From Asterias rubens (taxonomy: Eukaryota): a DNA stretch of 64,000 bases. The notes below the pieces were generated by a model. It was not told the origin of the DNA and did no database searches. It was given only the letters and a program-made list of their open reading frames with translations. The position numbers and the translations under genes were made by a program. Each line of letters opens with the position of its first letter. Within the stretch, counting starts at the first letter, position 1. The DNA lies in assembly GCF_902459465.1 (NCBI RefSeq), contig NC_047062.1, forward strand, positions 20,584,001 to 20,648,000, in the 5' to 3' direction. Of the stretch, positions 12,203 to 26,132 are shown in pieces.

Positions 12203-12789
12203 TTAAAGTCACCTGGAAATAGAATGTTTTTTCTTTCAAACATAAGAGTATAATATGCTTACGAACAATAAAACAATTTTTTTTAGTAATTGTTTGTCAC
12301 GATTTATATGTTTAAAAAATATATAAAGTTGTTTGGGGGCTGACTCCGCCTACCCCTTTTGTGACGTCAATCGAGGCAGACTTTGCCTGCAATGCGTATA
12401 GTAAACACATGTGCAAAGTACATGTACGTCCAAGTCGTGAGTTGGTACATTTCAAAAAGTGTTTTTCTGCATTCAGCAGCAATACACCTGGTCGGCATTG
12501 CCGGAAAAAACAAAAAACAAAATTGTTTTGAAACTTACAAACTCACGACTTGGTCCGTACATGTACTTTGCAATTGTGTTTACTCCACGCATTACAGGCA
12601 AATTCTGCCTCGATTGACGTCACGAACAGCGCCCTCTCGGGTCGGGGTCTACTCTTAAATTTGTAAATAACATAAGAACTGATTTTTTAAAACCTTAGTT
12701 AACTGTTTATTCACATTCCACTCATCAAAACACATATATTAGTGACAAAAGCTTTATTTTGAAAAAATACCACTTCCAGGTGACTTTAA
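12203..12789. mobile_element. Kolobok-like MITE family B with a large internal palindrome
   Basis: TTAA|AGTCACCTGGAA ... TTCCAGGTGACT|TTAA; inner inverted arms gtgacgtcaatcgaggcaga / tctgcctcgattgacgtcac. Confidence 0.85.
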
Positions 12790-13796
12790 AGAAAAAGCGT
12801 GAAACCTTCCTTGTGCCCTCACTTGTTTTTATGACTACTTCTACATTCAAGACTGGGCCTCTGTCTTTATCCGTTATTCACGAGCCTCGAAGTGTGACGT
12901 CAGATGTTCAGGCTTCTACTACACTGGCGTGAGGAAGGTACTGAGGGCGCACTTTACTACTAGTGGCAGACAACCTGTGGATGCCACTTAAAGTCAAATG
13001 ATTGAAGTGGTAAAGATATGGCGGTATGAATTGTAACACTTTCAAGATACAGACCGCACTCGCGTGGCGCCCTCTATTGATTTGTTCATCAAATTCCATA
13101 TTCATCCTCCGTTGATTTCAGACACTTTAGTCTGAGATGGTAGAATGGCTTCTACCTGTACTATAAATGATGTGTTTCGTTTGTATATTGTAGAATACAA
13201 ACGGTACAGGATACAAACGGTATCAAAAAGCCTTTATTGATTGAATATTTTTCAATCAATTAAATTGGCTACTTATGTTGTTTATTGAAGCTAAGATGAC
13301 AATTTGTTGTACTTATTATGTCTGGTCCAAGCTGCCGAACGTCTTGTGACTAATATATGTTTTACTCTTGAGGGTGGGGACTTTCGGGTGTGAATTTTCC
13401 CAGTAGCAGCTCCTTTTCTATGAGCACGAACCGTCCTATAGATTCAGGATTCACTGCATATCTACTGTACCGACTATGATTAGGTTTCCCCAACGGATGT
13501 CTTGCAGGTGAGCAACCAACATGTGAATCTCCCAGCACACACAAAGACTGTACATTGTAACCTTTCAGACACGATCCGGCCTCCATCAGTCCACGTATTC
13601 TACCAGAATGCACACTCTGAATGAAGCAAAACCAGTGTACATCAATAAATATCATGTCCTTATTTTCCGCCTTACCGCACCGATGGGTGCTCGGCCTTTT
13701 GATCCGGGCAGTTGACGGCGTTTGCTTGACCGGTGACGAGCCTACTGCGGACAGCCTAGAAAAACAAGCCTGTCCGTCGATATCGAGCTCTCGGAC

Positions 13797-14156
13797 TTAA
13801 AGCAACTGGACAATATTGGTAATTAATCAAAATAATTGTTAGCATAACAACTTGCTTGGTAACGAGCAATGGAGAGCTGTTGGAGAAACGGCTCCCTCTG
13901 AAGTAACACAGTTTTTGAGAAAGAGGTAATTTCTCATTAAAATATTAAGACTTCAGCTGAAGCCTTTTACTCAGGTATCTGAAAGCTTACAAATTATTGT
14001 GCAGCAAAGGTGTTTTTTTATTTCATTACTCTGTTGCAACTTCGAAGACCAGTTGAATCAAAACTGTCACATATTTGTTATTTTATGCATATGATGGGAT
14101 ACATCAAGTGCAAATACTGGTCTTTGACAATTAACAAAGGTGTCCAGTGCCTTTAA
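13797..14156. mobile_element. Kolobok/T2-like MITE family A
   Basis: ttaaagcaactggaca ... gtgtccagtgcctttaa. Confidence 0.85.
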
Positions 14157-15368
14157 GCGAAGCCTTTTTTGTTGGTCGGTGGCCCTTGTTAAGTTTTCCC
14201 TATCTCTCTCATTCCATCCACCTCGTGTTGCTGTGATGAAGGTGGGTAACAACCTAACAACGCAAATCGGATGCTTTTCTGTAAGAAGCCAGCCCCAGGC
14301 GTGATTTAAAACACAGGCAAAAGGGCATTAGTTTGTTTGCCGCGGGTAAATCTGCTAACAGCCACAAAGGAGTTTGCTAGCGAGACATTCAGTGCATTAT
14401 GAACGAGAAGAAAGGGCCCACCGTGTATATACAAACCGACTTGTTCAGTATAGTTCCTGATCAGTTTACCCGTACAGCAAAAAGGAGTGTTCAGTCCTAG
14501 GTGGTCTCCTCACACAGGACCAAGTGCCTCTTAAACTTGTTTTTCTCGACTGTCGAGAGTGGAATCAACGGGATTTGTTAACTTTTCGGATTATCTCCCA
14601 AATTCTTCCGTGTGTGGCAATAACAAGGATAACAGCAGTTAGGGTGTTTCTCTTAGCAATTTAGTCAAGAAGAGGATTTGGGGGCATGGTGGATAAAGAT
14701 GTCATGGAACAAAAGGCTGGGGGAACACCGTGCCCTTTACACAACTTTCTTTTTCAAAATATGCCTTGTAATAATGCTGTTGGTTCGAAAAGCTACAGTT
14801 ACTCAGAAAATTAAGTCATTTAGTTGCTTTGTATTTAATAGTCGGTTGACCCTGCTACATAACATAACCCAATGGAATTTCTCCATTAATTTGCAATTGT
14901 TCATAATGAGCATTAAAACCTCCACTCTCACTTTTCTTAACTATAATGAAGTAGACTCCAATACAACAAAAGTTCTTGATTGCAAATATGAGGTAGAGTT
15001 TGAAATATTGCGGTATAGCGTCTACCTTCTGTGTATTTCTAGTGTAAAAGGCATGCCCTTTCTTATCAAAATCGCAGATCCATTTCACCGGCGTGGTATT
15101 CTTACATTAGGGGGTCATTAAAACTTCACGATACCCGTGGCAACTCTGATAAGTGTAATGCTTCATGATGAATACAATGACGTTGACCTGCGTGATGGAA
15201 TGGTGTTTGGACGGGGAAAAATTTGCTTCTGTAGTATAGAATTGCCAACCTCGAAAATATTCCTGATTGTTTGTTTTCAGAACTCCCCTATTTGAGTCGA
15301 TTTCGACGGAAAAAATACTCATTGAAAAGCACTACGACAGTGAGTGGGAATTTGGATGTACAGAAAAT

Positions 15369-16362
15369 GCGGGGATCGAGGGGGTTGTGATCCGAGTGGT
15401 TGACTGCGGGCGGGGATCGAGGGGATCGAGGGGGTTGTGATTCGAGTGGTCGACTGCGGGCGGGGAGGGGTTGTGATCCGAGTGGTTGACTGCGGGCGGG
15501 GATCGAGGGCGTTGTGATTCGAGTGGTCGACTGCGGGTGGGGAGGGGGTTGTGATCCGAGTGGTCGACTGCGGGCGGCGAGGGGGTTGTGATCCGAGTGG
15601 TCGACTGCGGGCGGGGAGGGGGTTGTGATCCGAGTGGTTGACTGCGGGCGGGGAGGGGGTTGTGATCCGATTGGTTGACTGCGGGCGGGGATCGAGGGGG
15701 TTGTGATTCGAGTGGTCGACTGCGGGCGGGGAGGGGTTGTGATTCGAGTGGTCGACTGCGGGCGGGGAGGGGGTTGTGATCCGAGTGGTTGACTGAGGGC
15801 GGGGATCGAGGGGGTTGTGATTCGAGTGGTCGACTGCGGGCGGGGAGGGGGTTGTGATCCGAGTGGTTGACTGCGGGCGGGGATCGAGGGGGTTGTGATT
15901 CGATTGGTCGACTGCGGGCGGGGAGGGGGTTGTGATGTGAGTGGTCGACTGCGGGCGGGGAGGGGGTCGTGATCCGAGTGGTTGACTGCGGGTGGGGATC
16001 GAGGGGGTTGAGATTCGAGTGGTTGACTGCGGGCGGGGAGGGGGTTGTGATTCGAGTGGTCGACTGCGGGCGGGGAGGGGGTTGTGATCCATGTGGTTGA
16101 CTGCGGGCGGGTATCGAGGGGGTTGTGATCCGAGTGGTCGACTGCGGGCGGGGAGGGGGTTGTGATCTGAGTGGTCGACTGCGGGCGAGGAGGGGGTTGT
16201 GATTCGAGTGGTCGGCTGCAGGCGGGAAGGGGGTTGTGATTCGAGTGGTCGACTGCGGGCAGGGAGGGGGTTGTGATCCGAGTGGTCGACTGTGGGCGCG
16301 TTGTGATCCGAGTGGTCGACTGCGGGCGAGGAGGGGGTTGTGATCCGAGTGGTCGACTGCGG
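15369..16362. repeat. G/CpG-rich satellite with 37/41-bp units, about 25 copies, running into an assembly gap
   Basis: Unit gagggggttgtgat(c/t)cgagtggt(c/t)gactgcgggcggg, with or without gatc. Confidence 0.95.
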
Positions 16363-16376
16363 TGGAAGAAACATTA

Positions 16377-16508
16377 NNNNNNNNNNNNNNNNNNNNNNNN
16401 NNNNNNNNNNNNNNNNNNNNNNNNNNNNNNNNNNNNNNNNNNNNNNNNNNNNNNNNNNNNNNNNNNNNNNNNNNNNNNNNNNNNNNNNNNNNNNNNNNNN
16501 NNNNNNNN
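16377..16508. other. Assembly gap (132 N)
   Basis: Run of N. Confidence 1.
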
Positions 16509-17301
16509 TCCCATCAAGGGAACTCGGCAAACTCCCACAAGGGGTTATAAGGTTTAACGTCTATGATCATGAATTGCACAAGTCTAGAAATTGTGATTCA
16601 GCAACTAGTCGACAATATTTGTTTCTATTCATTGTGAAATCAGCGGTTAGCTAGGGGACTCGAACCCACAACCTGTGTGAGAGTGGGGTCAATATTTACG
16701 ATCTTCTTTGTCGTAAAAAAAAAATGAATAACAAATACAGAGGAAAGAAAAATCTTATAAATAACAAAATTGAGTTTGTTATGGGAATTGCCCGGTATCA
16801 GTCACTGCAGCATGATGCCAGCATTTGAGTAGGCCTACGTGAGCTCTCTTGTGGACCTAGCCTATAAACACCGTGCACAATCGTGGGAAAGTAGAGATAA
16901 GCGCTCTTTGGGCTGATTGCAAAGTAATTATACAGTAACACAATTCTAATGGTAACTTTGATTACGATTTGGTTGGAATTCGAAAATCGCCCAGCCTTCC
17001 GCACAAAGGGTTTGCAAAAGTTGAACATGTTGTGCTTCAAAGCAGCTGATGATCTTAATTGTGTTACACCCGAGGTTTGAAGTAAAAAACAGCATAGATT
17101 TGTATTCATGCGTCAATTCAGTTTTTCGTGGCATCAGTTCAAGAGCCGGGTGAGTTTGATTCTTAACTACGAGATGTTCCCGACCCATTATCCCAAGCTA
17201 ACCATAAAATCGTAAGGTCTGATCGGTGACGTTGATACATAGCATGTAAATTAATTTGTGGGCATTAGGTGTTTTCTAGTAATGCCTATGTAGGGCCATA
17301 T

Positions 17302-17458
17302 ACGCCTCTCTTAATACATGTATATGCATGAGGTACGTCACAATGCTAACCCAAAACGAGGCCATAGGCGCAGCCACTGCAAGTGGTGGCGGACGTGCGC
17401 CTATGGCCTCATTTTGGGTAAGAATTATGACGTCATGCATAAATATTAAGAGAGGCGT
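17302..17458. mobile_element. Palindromic MITE
   Basis: acgcctctcttaat / attaagagaggcgt ends; inner cccaaaacgaggccataggcgca / tgcgcctatggcctcattttggg. Confidence 0.75.
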
Positions 17459-18179
17459 GTTATTAGTAAATACTAAAAAAAAAAATTACCATAAAAAGCT
17501 TTTACCAGTTCTCGCGCGTGCTATACTGAGCATGTGTGCGCACGCTCAGAGCTGAGCCGCAAAAAAAAGGACCGTTATGTCTGCTCCCGCCAGCAGCGTC
17601 TTAAAATGTCTGGCACACACCTATCAGCATGAGCGGGAGAGGCATGTACAATCATTGGCGCAATCATCACTATCTAAACGTCGAGTTAAACTATGACGAG
17701 CTGTATGAATAATGAACACCGCATACATATTATAGTATAAGTACATGTGACTACATCTATTCACAAGTTGACCTTTCCCCAAAATCACACCAAAGGTTTT
17801 GTATCGATTTAGTATTAGTGCCCATCGTTTGTTCGCGAACGAACCCAGCCTTCATCTATGACCTTGAAAGTGCCCGTAAACACCACGTTTTTGAATCGCC
17901 TTCTACTGGCCATGATGAATTTCAATTCAATAATTATTCAAACTTTTTGGAGGTGTACTAACGCATTCGAAGTTTGTCATTCATGCCATTCAATCGCGGG
18001 GCACAGATCATATAACGTGATCTGGTTGGCTACTATTGCGCAAAGAAATGGTGCCCTCTATCGTCCAGTCACGTTTAGGAATTGAGACACCAAAGTCCGA
18101 GTCTAATTTTTTTTAATTACTCGAATTGAAAACAAATGAGATACTTTTGGTTACCTTATAGTGTCGCAGAAAGCTTACC

Positions 18180-18456
18180 AGGGGTGGATTTCACAAAGAG
18201 TTAACACGTTATGTATATATTTTTGTACTTTTTACATGCCCTCAATCTTTATACTTGTATATTTCTGTAAATTGTAGTTTTTATTCTTGTCTATTGTTGT
18301 TATGCCTCTCTTCTATGTTTCTCCTTATACAAGGAAGACATATTTCATGTTTATTTTATCATGACAATAATGTTTAATCTTCTCTTTTATCTTATCTGGA
18401 ATTAGAACTCCCAAGACTAGTCCTAAAATAGGACTATCTTTGTGAAATTGAACCCT
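18180..18456. mobile_element. MITE with ggggtggatttcacaaag / ctttgtgaaattgaaccc ends and an AT-rich interior
   Basis: Imperfect terminal inverted repeats. Confidence 0.5.
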
Positions 18457-19951
18457 GTTCAATCCATTGTTCTTGGAAGGTGCACATGATCCTAAAAACT
18501 ACATAAACAAATTAAATTTACATCTGCTGCCACCCAGCGTTACAAAGTGTCCCTTTATAGTCTCCCTGCAATGGGCAGTTAGATTCGGCAGATATCTTAA
18601 AGGCCCTCAGTGTTAGCAATTCGCGTAATGTAGCTTTGTATCTAGGTATACACGGGACAGTCACAGGGGAACTGGACGAGAAAATGGATGCTACGTAATG
18701 CTTCTGGGGTCAACATAATGACAAATACTGAACCAAGCAATGAATCAAACCATTCCTCCATGATCAAACTATCCACTTAAATACAAAAGCGTCTAGCAGG
18801 AACCTGTCTCTCAGCTTATCACTTGGTCACCAAAACATGGAAGGAGAAATAGGGAAAGACACAAGCTCAGCCATACAGATGTTGTTGCCAGGGACATCAG
18901 GGTGCTTCCAAGTGAATGAGGGATATGATGAGGGATATACAAGAATGTGCAAATCTCAACATGATTCCGACCTCGGTCGACTAGAGAGAGCATGGAGAGA
19001 GAGAGTTATGTGTTGCCATCCAATTAAGTCATATATTAAGGCTGGTTGTGGGGATGGGGTGGTAGGGGGGCAATGTCTCACCCCTTGCCCATAATCGTCT
19101 AATAATGAAACTAATCGCTTCTCGGCTTTAACATTGTGTACAGGATCGTTCGATTGACTTTTCCCCTTCGTCGAAGAGGTTGATCAGCTTACGACGGACG
19201 TCCTCTATAAAGCATTTGTTGTTCACAGTGAACAACACTGCATAAAACCACCCTCGTGAAAAGTGAAATGCCAGAATGCGGATAAAAAAACCGCAGCTAC
19301 AGAAGAAGATTTTGTGAGGATTAGAAGGAGGGAATACATGTAGTTTGCTAAGTGTTTACATTATGATGATACAATACAATGTAATCTCCTCATCATCACT
19401 GATGATGGACCTTATAAACCAAGCGAAAAAGACTACCACAGGACGTCCTAATCACCCACTAATAAACTTTGTGATGTACAGTTTGGGGAGAAAAGGGTCC
19501 CCCACTTTGGGGGTAATCGATGCTAGGGACAATAACGCCACTTAATTCCTGACAATACAACGTACCCAATTCAAAACGGGAACAGTAAATATATTGATTA
19601 TGAGGTAATCGGATTTTTGGTTGATTGTGAAGAGCATTAATGACTAGAAACCAGTCAACCAATCTATACCATTCTTTCATCACACTACTGTATACACACG
19701 AAATATAATTAGAAACGTGGTACGGTGACACATGAATTAGGAGATACACTATGCCCAAACATGACACGAAACTAACCATGTTGGGAGATCCTATACTTCT
19801 ATGATTAATAATGTTGTTACCGGTTGTAAAAGTCGCTTTAATTGATAGTGACGACAAATAGAGTTGACTCAACGTTAATTAGATGCCAGTTCAAATATAG
19901 GTATCGATTGTTCGAGTTTGGCGCTTAAAGCGCATTGTGTTTTTACATGAA

Positions 19952-20302
19952 TTAAAGGCACTGGACACTACTGGTAATTACACGAAATAATTTTTAGCAT
20001 AAACACTTAATTGGTACCGGGCAATGGAGAGCTGTTCAAAGCATACAACATTATGAGAAACGGCTCCCTCTGAAGTAACGTAGTTTTGTGAAAGAGGTAA
20101 TTTCTCACTCAGATAATAAACTACTTCAGCTGAAGCCTTTTGTGCATCTGAATGCAACAAGGGTGTTTATTTCTTAAATTTTTCTTTTGCAACTTTGATT
20201 GAGTCCAAATTTTCACCGAACGGTTATTTTGCTCATATGTTGGGATACACTGAGTGGAAATACTGGCCTTTGACATTTACCAAAGGTGTCCAGTGCTCTT
20301 AA
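19952..20302. mobile_element. Kolobok/T2-like MITE family A
   Basis: ttaaaggcactggacac ... gtgtccagtgctcttaa. Confidence 0.85.
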
Positions 20303-20840
20303 AAGTAACGAATAAGTTTTCCCAAGAGACATATACAACAAAAAACGTTTGAAACGAAATTCCAAAACGTACCTTTTAACAAACAACTCCAAAAATTCCA
20401 TGCCTCTTTCATGATCAAGAAACCCTTTGAGCCACTGTGATGGTTTCCATTTGACATTACACAGTGCAACGCCTCGGCCATCTTTACAGGCAAATCAATC
20501 TTTGTTTTTAACCCACAATTATTGCGGGAGTTTTATCAACCTGTTTTGCGTGATGATTGATTAGCCAACCACTTGATGCTTAAAGCCAAAACCAAAGTTG
20601 CCAGTAAATATCGTTGTCTTTAGTTATCGGGAACTAAGGTCAAGTAAAAAGAAATACCAGTTGATCGTCCGGTTTTTTTTTCTAAAAAGGAGGATGATGA
20701 GGGCCTTTTTACTTTTTATTTCTTTCACTACTACTACTTACTATGTATTTAAAAGTTATTAAAAGTTTATCAAGTTTAGTGAGAAATACACAGACACTTT
20801 GTCTGCTTGAAAAATAAAATGAAAAAAAGGGAAAAATGTA

Positions 20841-21248
20841 TAAAAGAAACTGGGCACTATTGGTAATATTACTCAAAACAATTGTTGGCATAAAACCTTA
20901 CTTGGTAACGAGTAATGGAGAGCTGTTTATGGTATAAATCATTGGGAGAAACGGCTCCCTCTGAAGAAAAACGTAGTTTTCGAGAATGAAGTAATTTGCC
21001 ATGCACTAACATATTTGAGTTTGATTTCAAGACCTCATAATTAGGTTTTGAGGTCCCGAAATCAAGCGTCTTAAAGCACACAACTTCGTGTGACCAAGGT
21101 GTTTTTTCTTTCATTATTATCTCGCAACTTCGACGACCAAATGAGTTCAAATTTTCACAGGTTTGATATTTTGTGCATTATGTTGAGATAGGACACCAAG
21201 TGAGAAGACTGGTCTCTGACAATTACCAAAGGTGGTCAGTGTCTTTAA
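20841..21248. mobile_element. Kolobok/T2-like MITE family A (degenerate ends)
   Basis: Family internal sequence (ggcactattggtaatattactc, gaaacggctccctctgaag); right end cagtgtctttaa. Confidence 0.8.
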
Positions 21249-22984
21249 GCGAAAAAGGGGGGGGGGGACGCGGCCTCAAGAGGGTTAGGGAGAGGACGAT
21301 CAATTGTCACGTATGTACATTAACTTCATTTTTTTGCATCTGGTTCTTGGGTTTCCGAAAAATAAATTCTCATTTACTTCCGGTAGTTCTATATAGGGTT
21401 TCAGAGAAAACTACAGCCTTGATTTTATTTTGCTGTATGCGTTTTTATGACTTGTAAAAATCGCAGATCGAAGCTTGATCGATACTATAAGTACCAAATG
21501 CTGTATCACAATATCACAAACACTGAATCATTTGCATTTGTGACAAACAGGTCCCGAGTACTATAGGATTGTGTTGTCCCAGAACGTCTATCCATTGTGT
21601 AAATAATTCCATAATCCTTTCGGAAAATATTATCCGACACGGCAAAAACAACACCGTGATATGAGAGAGTTTTACTGGTGCGGCAAAAGCATCGTTCACA
21701 CACACTCTAGGGGTAAGAAAATCCTCGGCCAATGGGGTCTCAAGTGCTTGTTTAGAGGTAGGAGCTCCCTATCCCCGACCCCCCCTCTTCAAAACCCTCA
21801 CCAAAGAGGTCTAAGCCTTAAATCGAATTTTCATGACAACAGCTTCGGCAAACGGTCAACTATTTGTCAGGACCTACCTTCCCGACTGCTCAATTGTTAC
21901 CTGTCCATTAACAACCACGGTGGTGTGGATGGGGTCGCATAGCGTAACAGATTAACCGCTGATCAAACATACAGGCCATTGCTTAAGCCTGGCATTATAT
22001 GCCTCAGCCCTGCAATTTGGGCTGCTCTTGTGGACCTGTTGCAGTGTACTTAGGCAGACAAAAGGCGCAGAAAGCCACCAGGATTAAGCCGGTCCATCCC
22101 CCGGCCGTCCCCTGTTGGATGCCCACACAGTACTTGGTCCTTCTTTTAGGTGGGGGGGGGAACACCAAAACCCAGTCGAATAGATTGGACCCTCTGTCTT
22201 GTTATTTCTTCAAGACAATCGGTTGAACCCTCTAAGCCGCTGAGGGGAACAAGTTTTTAGGAGAGGGCTGTTTAGTTGCTGATAGGTAGATTGCATGATT
22301 GGATTTTCACCCCGGGGCTAGTACCTCTACTATATCTAATTAGCAATCGTGGGGATTACCGACAGACTAACGCTAACTTTATTCTTGGATCACAATATAG
22401 CCATCACATCAGTGTGCACCCACTTCAGAATTACATTCCAGTCTGTGATGCCAGAGTTGTGCACCAGGCGGACGCACAAACGCGTATGCGTCATGCCACA
22501 TCAGGCCCCAATTTTTAGTTTGTTCCATTTGCATTTTGCTAAATAAAACTGCGAGGAGCTGATGTGATGAAATTTCCAAACAGGTTGATTGGCAGGTGTG
22601 TGTTTACTTAAAACATGAAATCGGGGTCAATTTATTTACTCATTTCAAAACCCAACGCTGTACTAACGTTGGAGTTAATCACAATCCGATCAGGCCATTC
22701 GTAACGTGAACCCTAAGTTATTGACATCCAGCACGCAATAACGAAACGTTATTCTGCGTATCTTTCACCTCTGATAACGTTAGGTTTCGGTTTAGAGTTA
22801 ACGACGTAATATCGTATTACGCCGGGAATCGACAAATAATGAGGCGTCACTAAAGAGCGTCACTCCTATCAACATAAGTGATTGATTGATTACTCCCAAT
22901 TCACGATATGGACTTGTAAAAGGGGAATCAGAATCTCTTATCGGCTGAGAAAACGAACCCCAAAATTAAAAGTTAATTTGTGGC

Positions 22985-23301
22985 GTGCCGTGGCCGATAA
23001 GAGAACCGGACTCTAGCTCTGGTGTTTCCGATCAGTGGAGTGTGGGTTCAAGTCCCGGTTGTGGCACTGGAGTCATTGAGCAAGATGATTTACCATAATT
23101 GACTGATGGGACAGGTTCAGTGTACTACATCTTGGTAGTGCGGGTTAAGAACCGACGGTTTGACCCCGGTGTTTCTGGTTCCTTGTTTACAGGGTTTCAT
23201 CAGACTTGCGAGCTACAGGTTGAATTATGGGACAGAGTGGTCTAGTTCAACGTAATCAAGCTCTGGTGTTGTCAGCAGCAGAGTGTGGGTTCGAATCCCG
23301 G
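22985..23301 (+). mobile_element. Two tRNA-derived SINE heads
   Basis: gccgtggccga...gctctggtg...gtgtgggttcaagtccc (22985-23110) and agtggtctag...gctctggtg...gtgtgggttcgaatccc (23229-23301): Pol III A and B boxes. Confidence 0.65.
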
Positions 23302-24659
23302 TAAACACAACAACAAAGGTCAAGTTTAGGCATTACTGAAATCACTGTTCAGTGGTACTTCAGTAGTGGTAGTACTATACTTTTAAAAGATGAACAAATA
23401 ATTATCTGTTGAAAACTAGTTATGAACCAAGAGGACCTATGATATAAATGGAAATCTCAAAGGCTCAACATTTGAGAGGGTTGCCTCATTATGAAACCAT
23501 ACAGAATGCCATATTATGGAACATGCGGGTGAACATTCCGGTATAAACTATATTAAGTATCCCCTGTCGAAACCATCCTATTTTGCAACATGTTCTTTTC
23601 CTGTAGCTATGATCTTCCATTAAGAAAAGCCGCCACCGGGCACAGTGCTAAAGTAAGATTTAAAGGCAGGGAAGCCTCAGACGTGTAATAAAGCTCAACA
23701 GTCTGATCATGTCCACTGAACTATCATCAACATCGGGAGGATACCTTCGCTAATTGAGTTGAGTTTCCGCAATCCATGCTTCCTGACTTGAAGACAGGAT
23801 AGGAGGAGAGCGATGGAGAGGGAGCCCTGAATGGGAGGACCGGAGCACCACCGATGCCCCCGGGGCATCCACGGCACAAGAGAGATGGGTGAATATGCTA
23901 AGGGTGTTTATTCGCTATGCTGTTTACCCAGTCACCAAGAATTTAAGTGGAAATCTACTAAGTCTTTCGGTGGGAAGAAAAGGCTTAGAAGTGGCCCATT
24001 GATGGGCTTTGTAGCGGGATTAGGTTCACTGCAAAGGCATCGCTACTCCGGAGAATGTCCGCTGACTCTCTAGGCAGACGCTTAGACAAACAACAGTCAA
24101 GCCGGACAATACGACCACAAGAAAACTGGGAAATTGGAACATTTTAAGAACTCTTTACCGCTGTTGTTCACCTGTCGATGTGCGCGGTAAATGGTAATAC
24201 CCGTAAATGGTTATGCGAATTAAGAGGCAGGGCTCTTCTTCAGGTAACACTTAAGACGCAATTCAGAGAGACACGAAAAGCACAATGAGTGTAATGAACA
24301 CCGCACAAAGGAAAAGGCCAATTATCCAGGATTCACCGTTATTTATCATACACTGCCTGGCAGCCTGTTGGGCTAATTAAACTAATGTGAGTACATTGCT
24401 CCCAACTCGTTCCCCTAATGAGTGTAGTGCTGCTTACCGTTGGCCCTCAGCAAATCTTCCGATATCAACAATAATACTTCAATATTTGAGTAGATTCTCC
24501 TTGCATTCGATTCAGAGTCAAAGGAACGTTCTTGGTAAAGACATTATTGTCAATAAGCAATTATTTTAGCAAACCTTAGAACAAAGGGAATATTTGTTAT
24601 TTAGCCTGTCTATGCAATTGTGCATTTCTTTCATTCATTCTGGTTGTAAAGCCATGGAC

Positions 24660-24750
24660 CCAATCCATATAGTGCCCCAGTTACACCCAGTAGGATTTGA
24701 ACCAGGGTCCCAGAGGTGAAATGCAAGGCAAGATACCATTACGCCAACCT
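24660..24750 (-). mobile_element. tRNA-derived SINE head
   Basis: Reverse complement ggttggcgtaatggtatcttgccttgcatttcacctctgggaccctggttcaaatcc. Confidence 0.55.
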
Positions 24751-24863
24751 GACCGCCCTGGCAACCCAATGTGCCCACTTGGCTGTCGGTGCAGCATATT
24801 CCACAGGAGTTCGGGATGTCTAAAGAATGCTTAAAACCTAATGAACAGGAGTAAGAATAGCAT

Positions 24864-25232
24864 GAGACCCATTACTTCAAAGAGCTGCGCACAAAAGTAG
24901 CTAAGCACAACAAATGTATGCTTACCAGATTAAGGTTACCAGCCAAACTACCACTGGTGTCGTGTGTACAATTTGTGACTTGTATCCTACTTTGTAATTT
25001 GTATCCTACTCAGGCATGCGTGCTAAGCAGAAAATTGTTAAGCGTATGTTTCTGCTTATGCATGAATTCGGGCACTGGAGAGCTGCTTAAAGCAGACAAT
25101 AATGCTGCTTATGCATTCAATCGGGTCACAAATGTGACATGGTAGTTTGGCTGGTAACATTATTCTGGTAAGCATAACTTTGTTATGCTTAGCATCTTTT
25201 TGTGCATAAGCAGCTCTATAAAATTGGACCCA
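24864..25232. mobile_element. Palindromic MITE (gagctgc...gcagctc family)
   Basis: Inverted arms tgcttaccaga..ttaccagccaaacta / tagtttggctggtaac..ctggtaagca; relatives at 53704-53949 and about 48361-48450. Confidence 0.75.
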
Positions 25233-26132
25233 GTTAAGGAGATGTTTTCTCTTTTTAACTTGCAGTGTTCCTCTGACATGTTATGAGTACCGTTTTTTCA
25301 TCTTGATACCTCCCCCAGATCAACCTATTTACACAGTATCAGTATATATACACACTATCCTGCCACTGAAGAAGCGGATGTTTTCCACCATGTATTTGTC
25401 AACAGTGGGTCCATAGACAGATGTACAAGCTTCGCATGTGCTTCTTACATTGTATTGTATCCTTTAATGCGGTTACATAAGCCACATCTTGCTCTGTTTG
25501 TCATAGGGATATGACGTTCAGCCAATATATGTAATTTACCCCCACAGGCTTGAGACGTGGATGAAAAGAAAAACAACTTTCTATTCGGTTGGTCTGTTTC
25601 ATCATTGCATTGTTCGATGGTGTCAAAAAGCTTTTGATATAAGAAGGTATGATCCATTGGTTATTACTTACAACCCGCTCCCCCCATCCAAACTCAAACA
25701 GTGCACATCCCATTATCTCACAAAAGCATCTCTACGAAATTGTGTAGCCCTCTACCGGCCTCTTTGGGATATCGTCTCTTTGTATCGTTTTCAGTCTGCC
25801 TACCAGACTGACTATTTTTTTTTTTTAAAGATGTTTGGCTCTAAAGTAAAATCTTTTTATTTTCGGCAATATATACGTTGTTCACAAACACACAATTGAT
25901 ATATTTTTGAGCTGAGGACTGACTGAATACTTTTATGAAGATTTTTTGTTTGTTTTATGTATAGACAAAGCTTTTAAATTACGGCAACATGGTGGAAGAC
26001 GGTTAGTGTATCCTGTAAGAGGCTTTGTTCACAAGCACACGATTAATATTTTTCAGCCAAGGACTGTCTGCCAACCAGACTGGCGTCTGCCTATGACTGG
26101 CTATTTTTATGAAAACAAATTGTTTTTAAATT

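Noticed and set aside
14678-15121. 147-aa ORF with an in-register antisense ORF
   Set aside because: No motif, composition typical of AT-rich noncoding DNA, no clear splice sites.
15319-16654. 403-aa mucin-like ORF
   Set aside because: Produced by the 37/41-bp satellite read across the N gap.
22985-23301. tRNA genes
   Set aside because: A and B boxes only; no cloverleaf or acceptor stem; more consistent with SINE heads.
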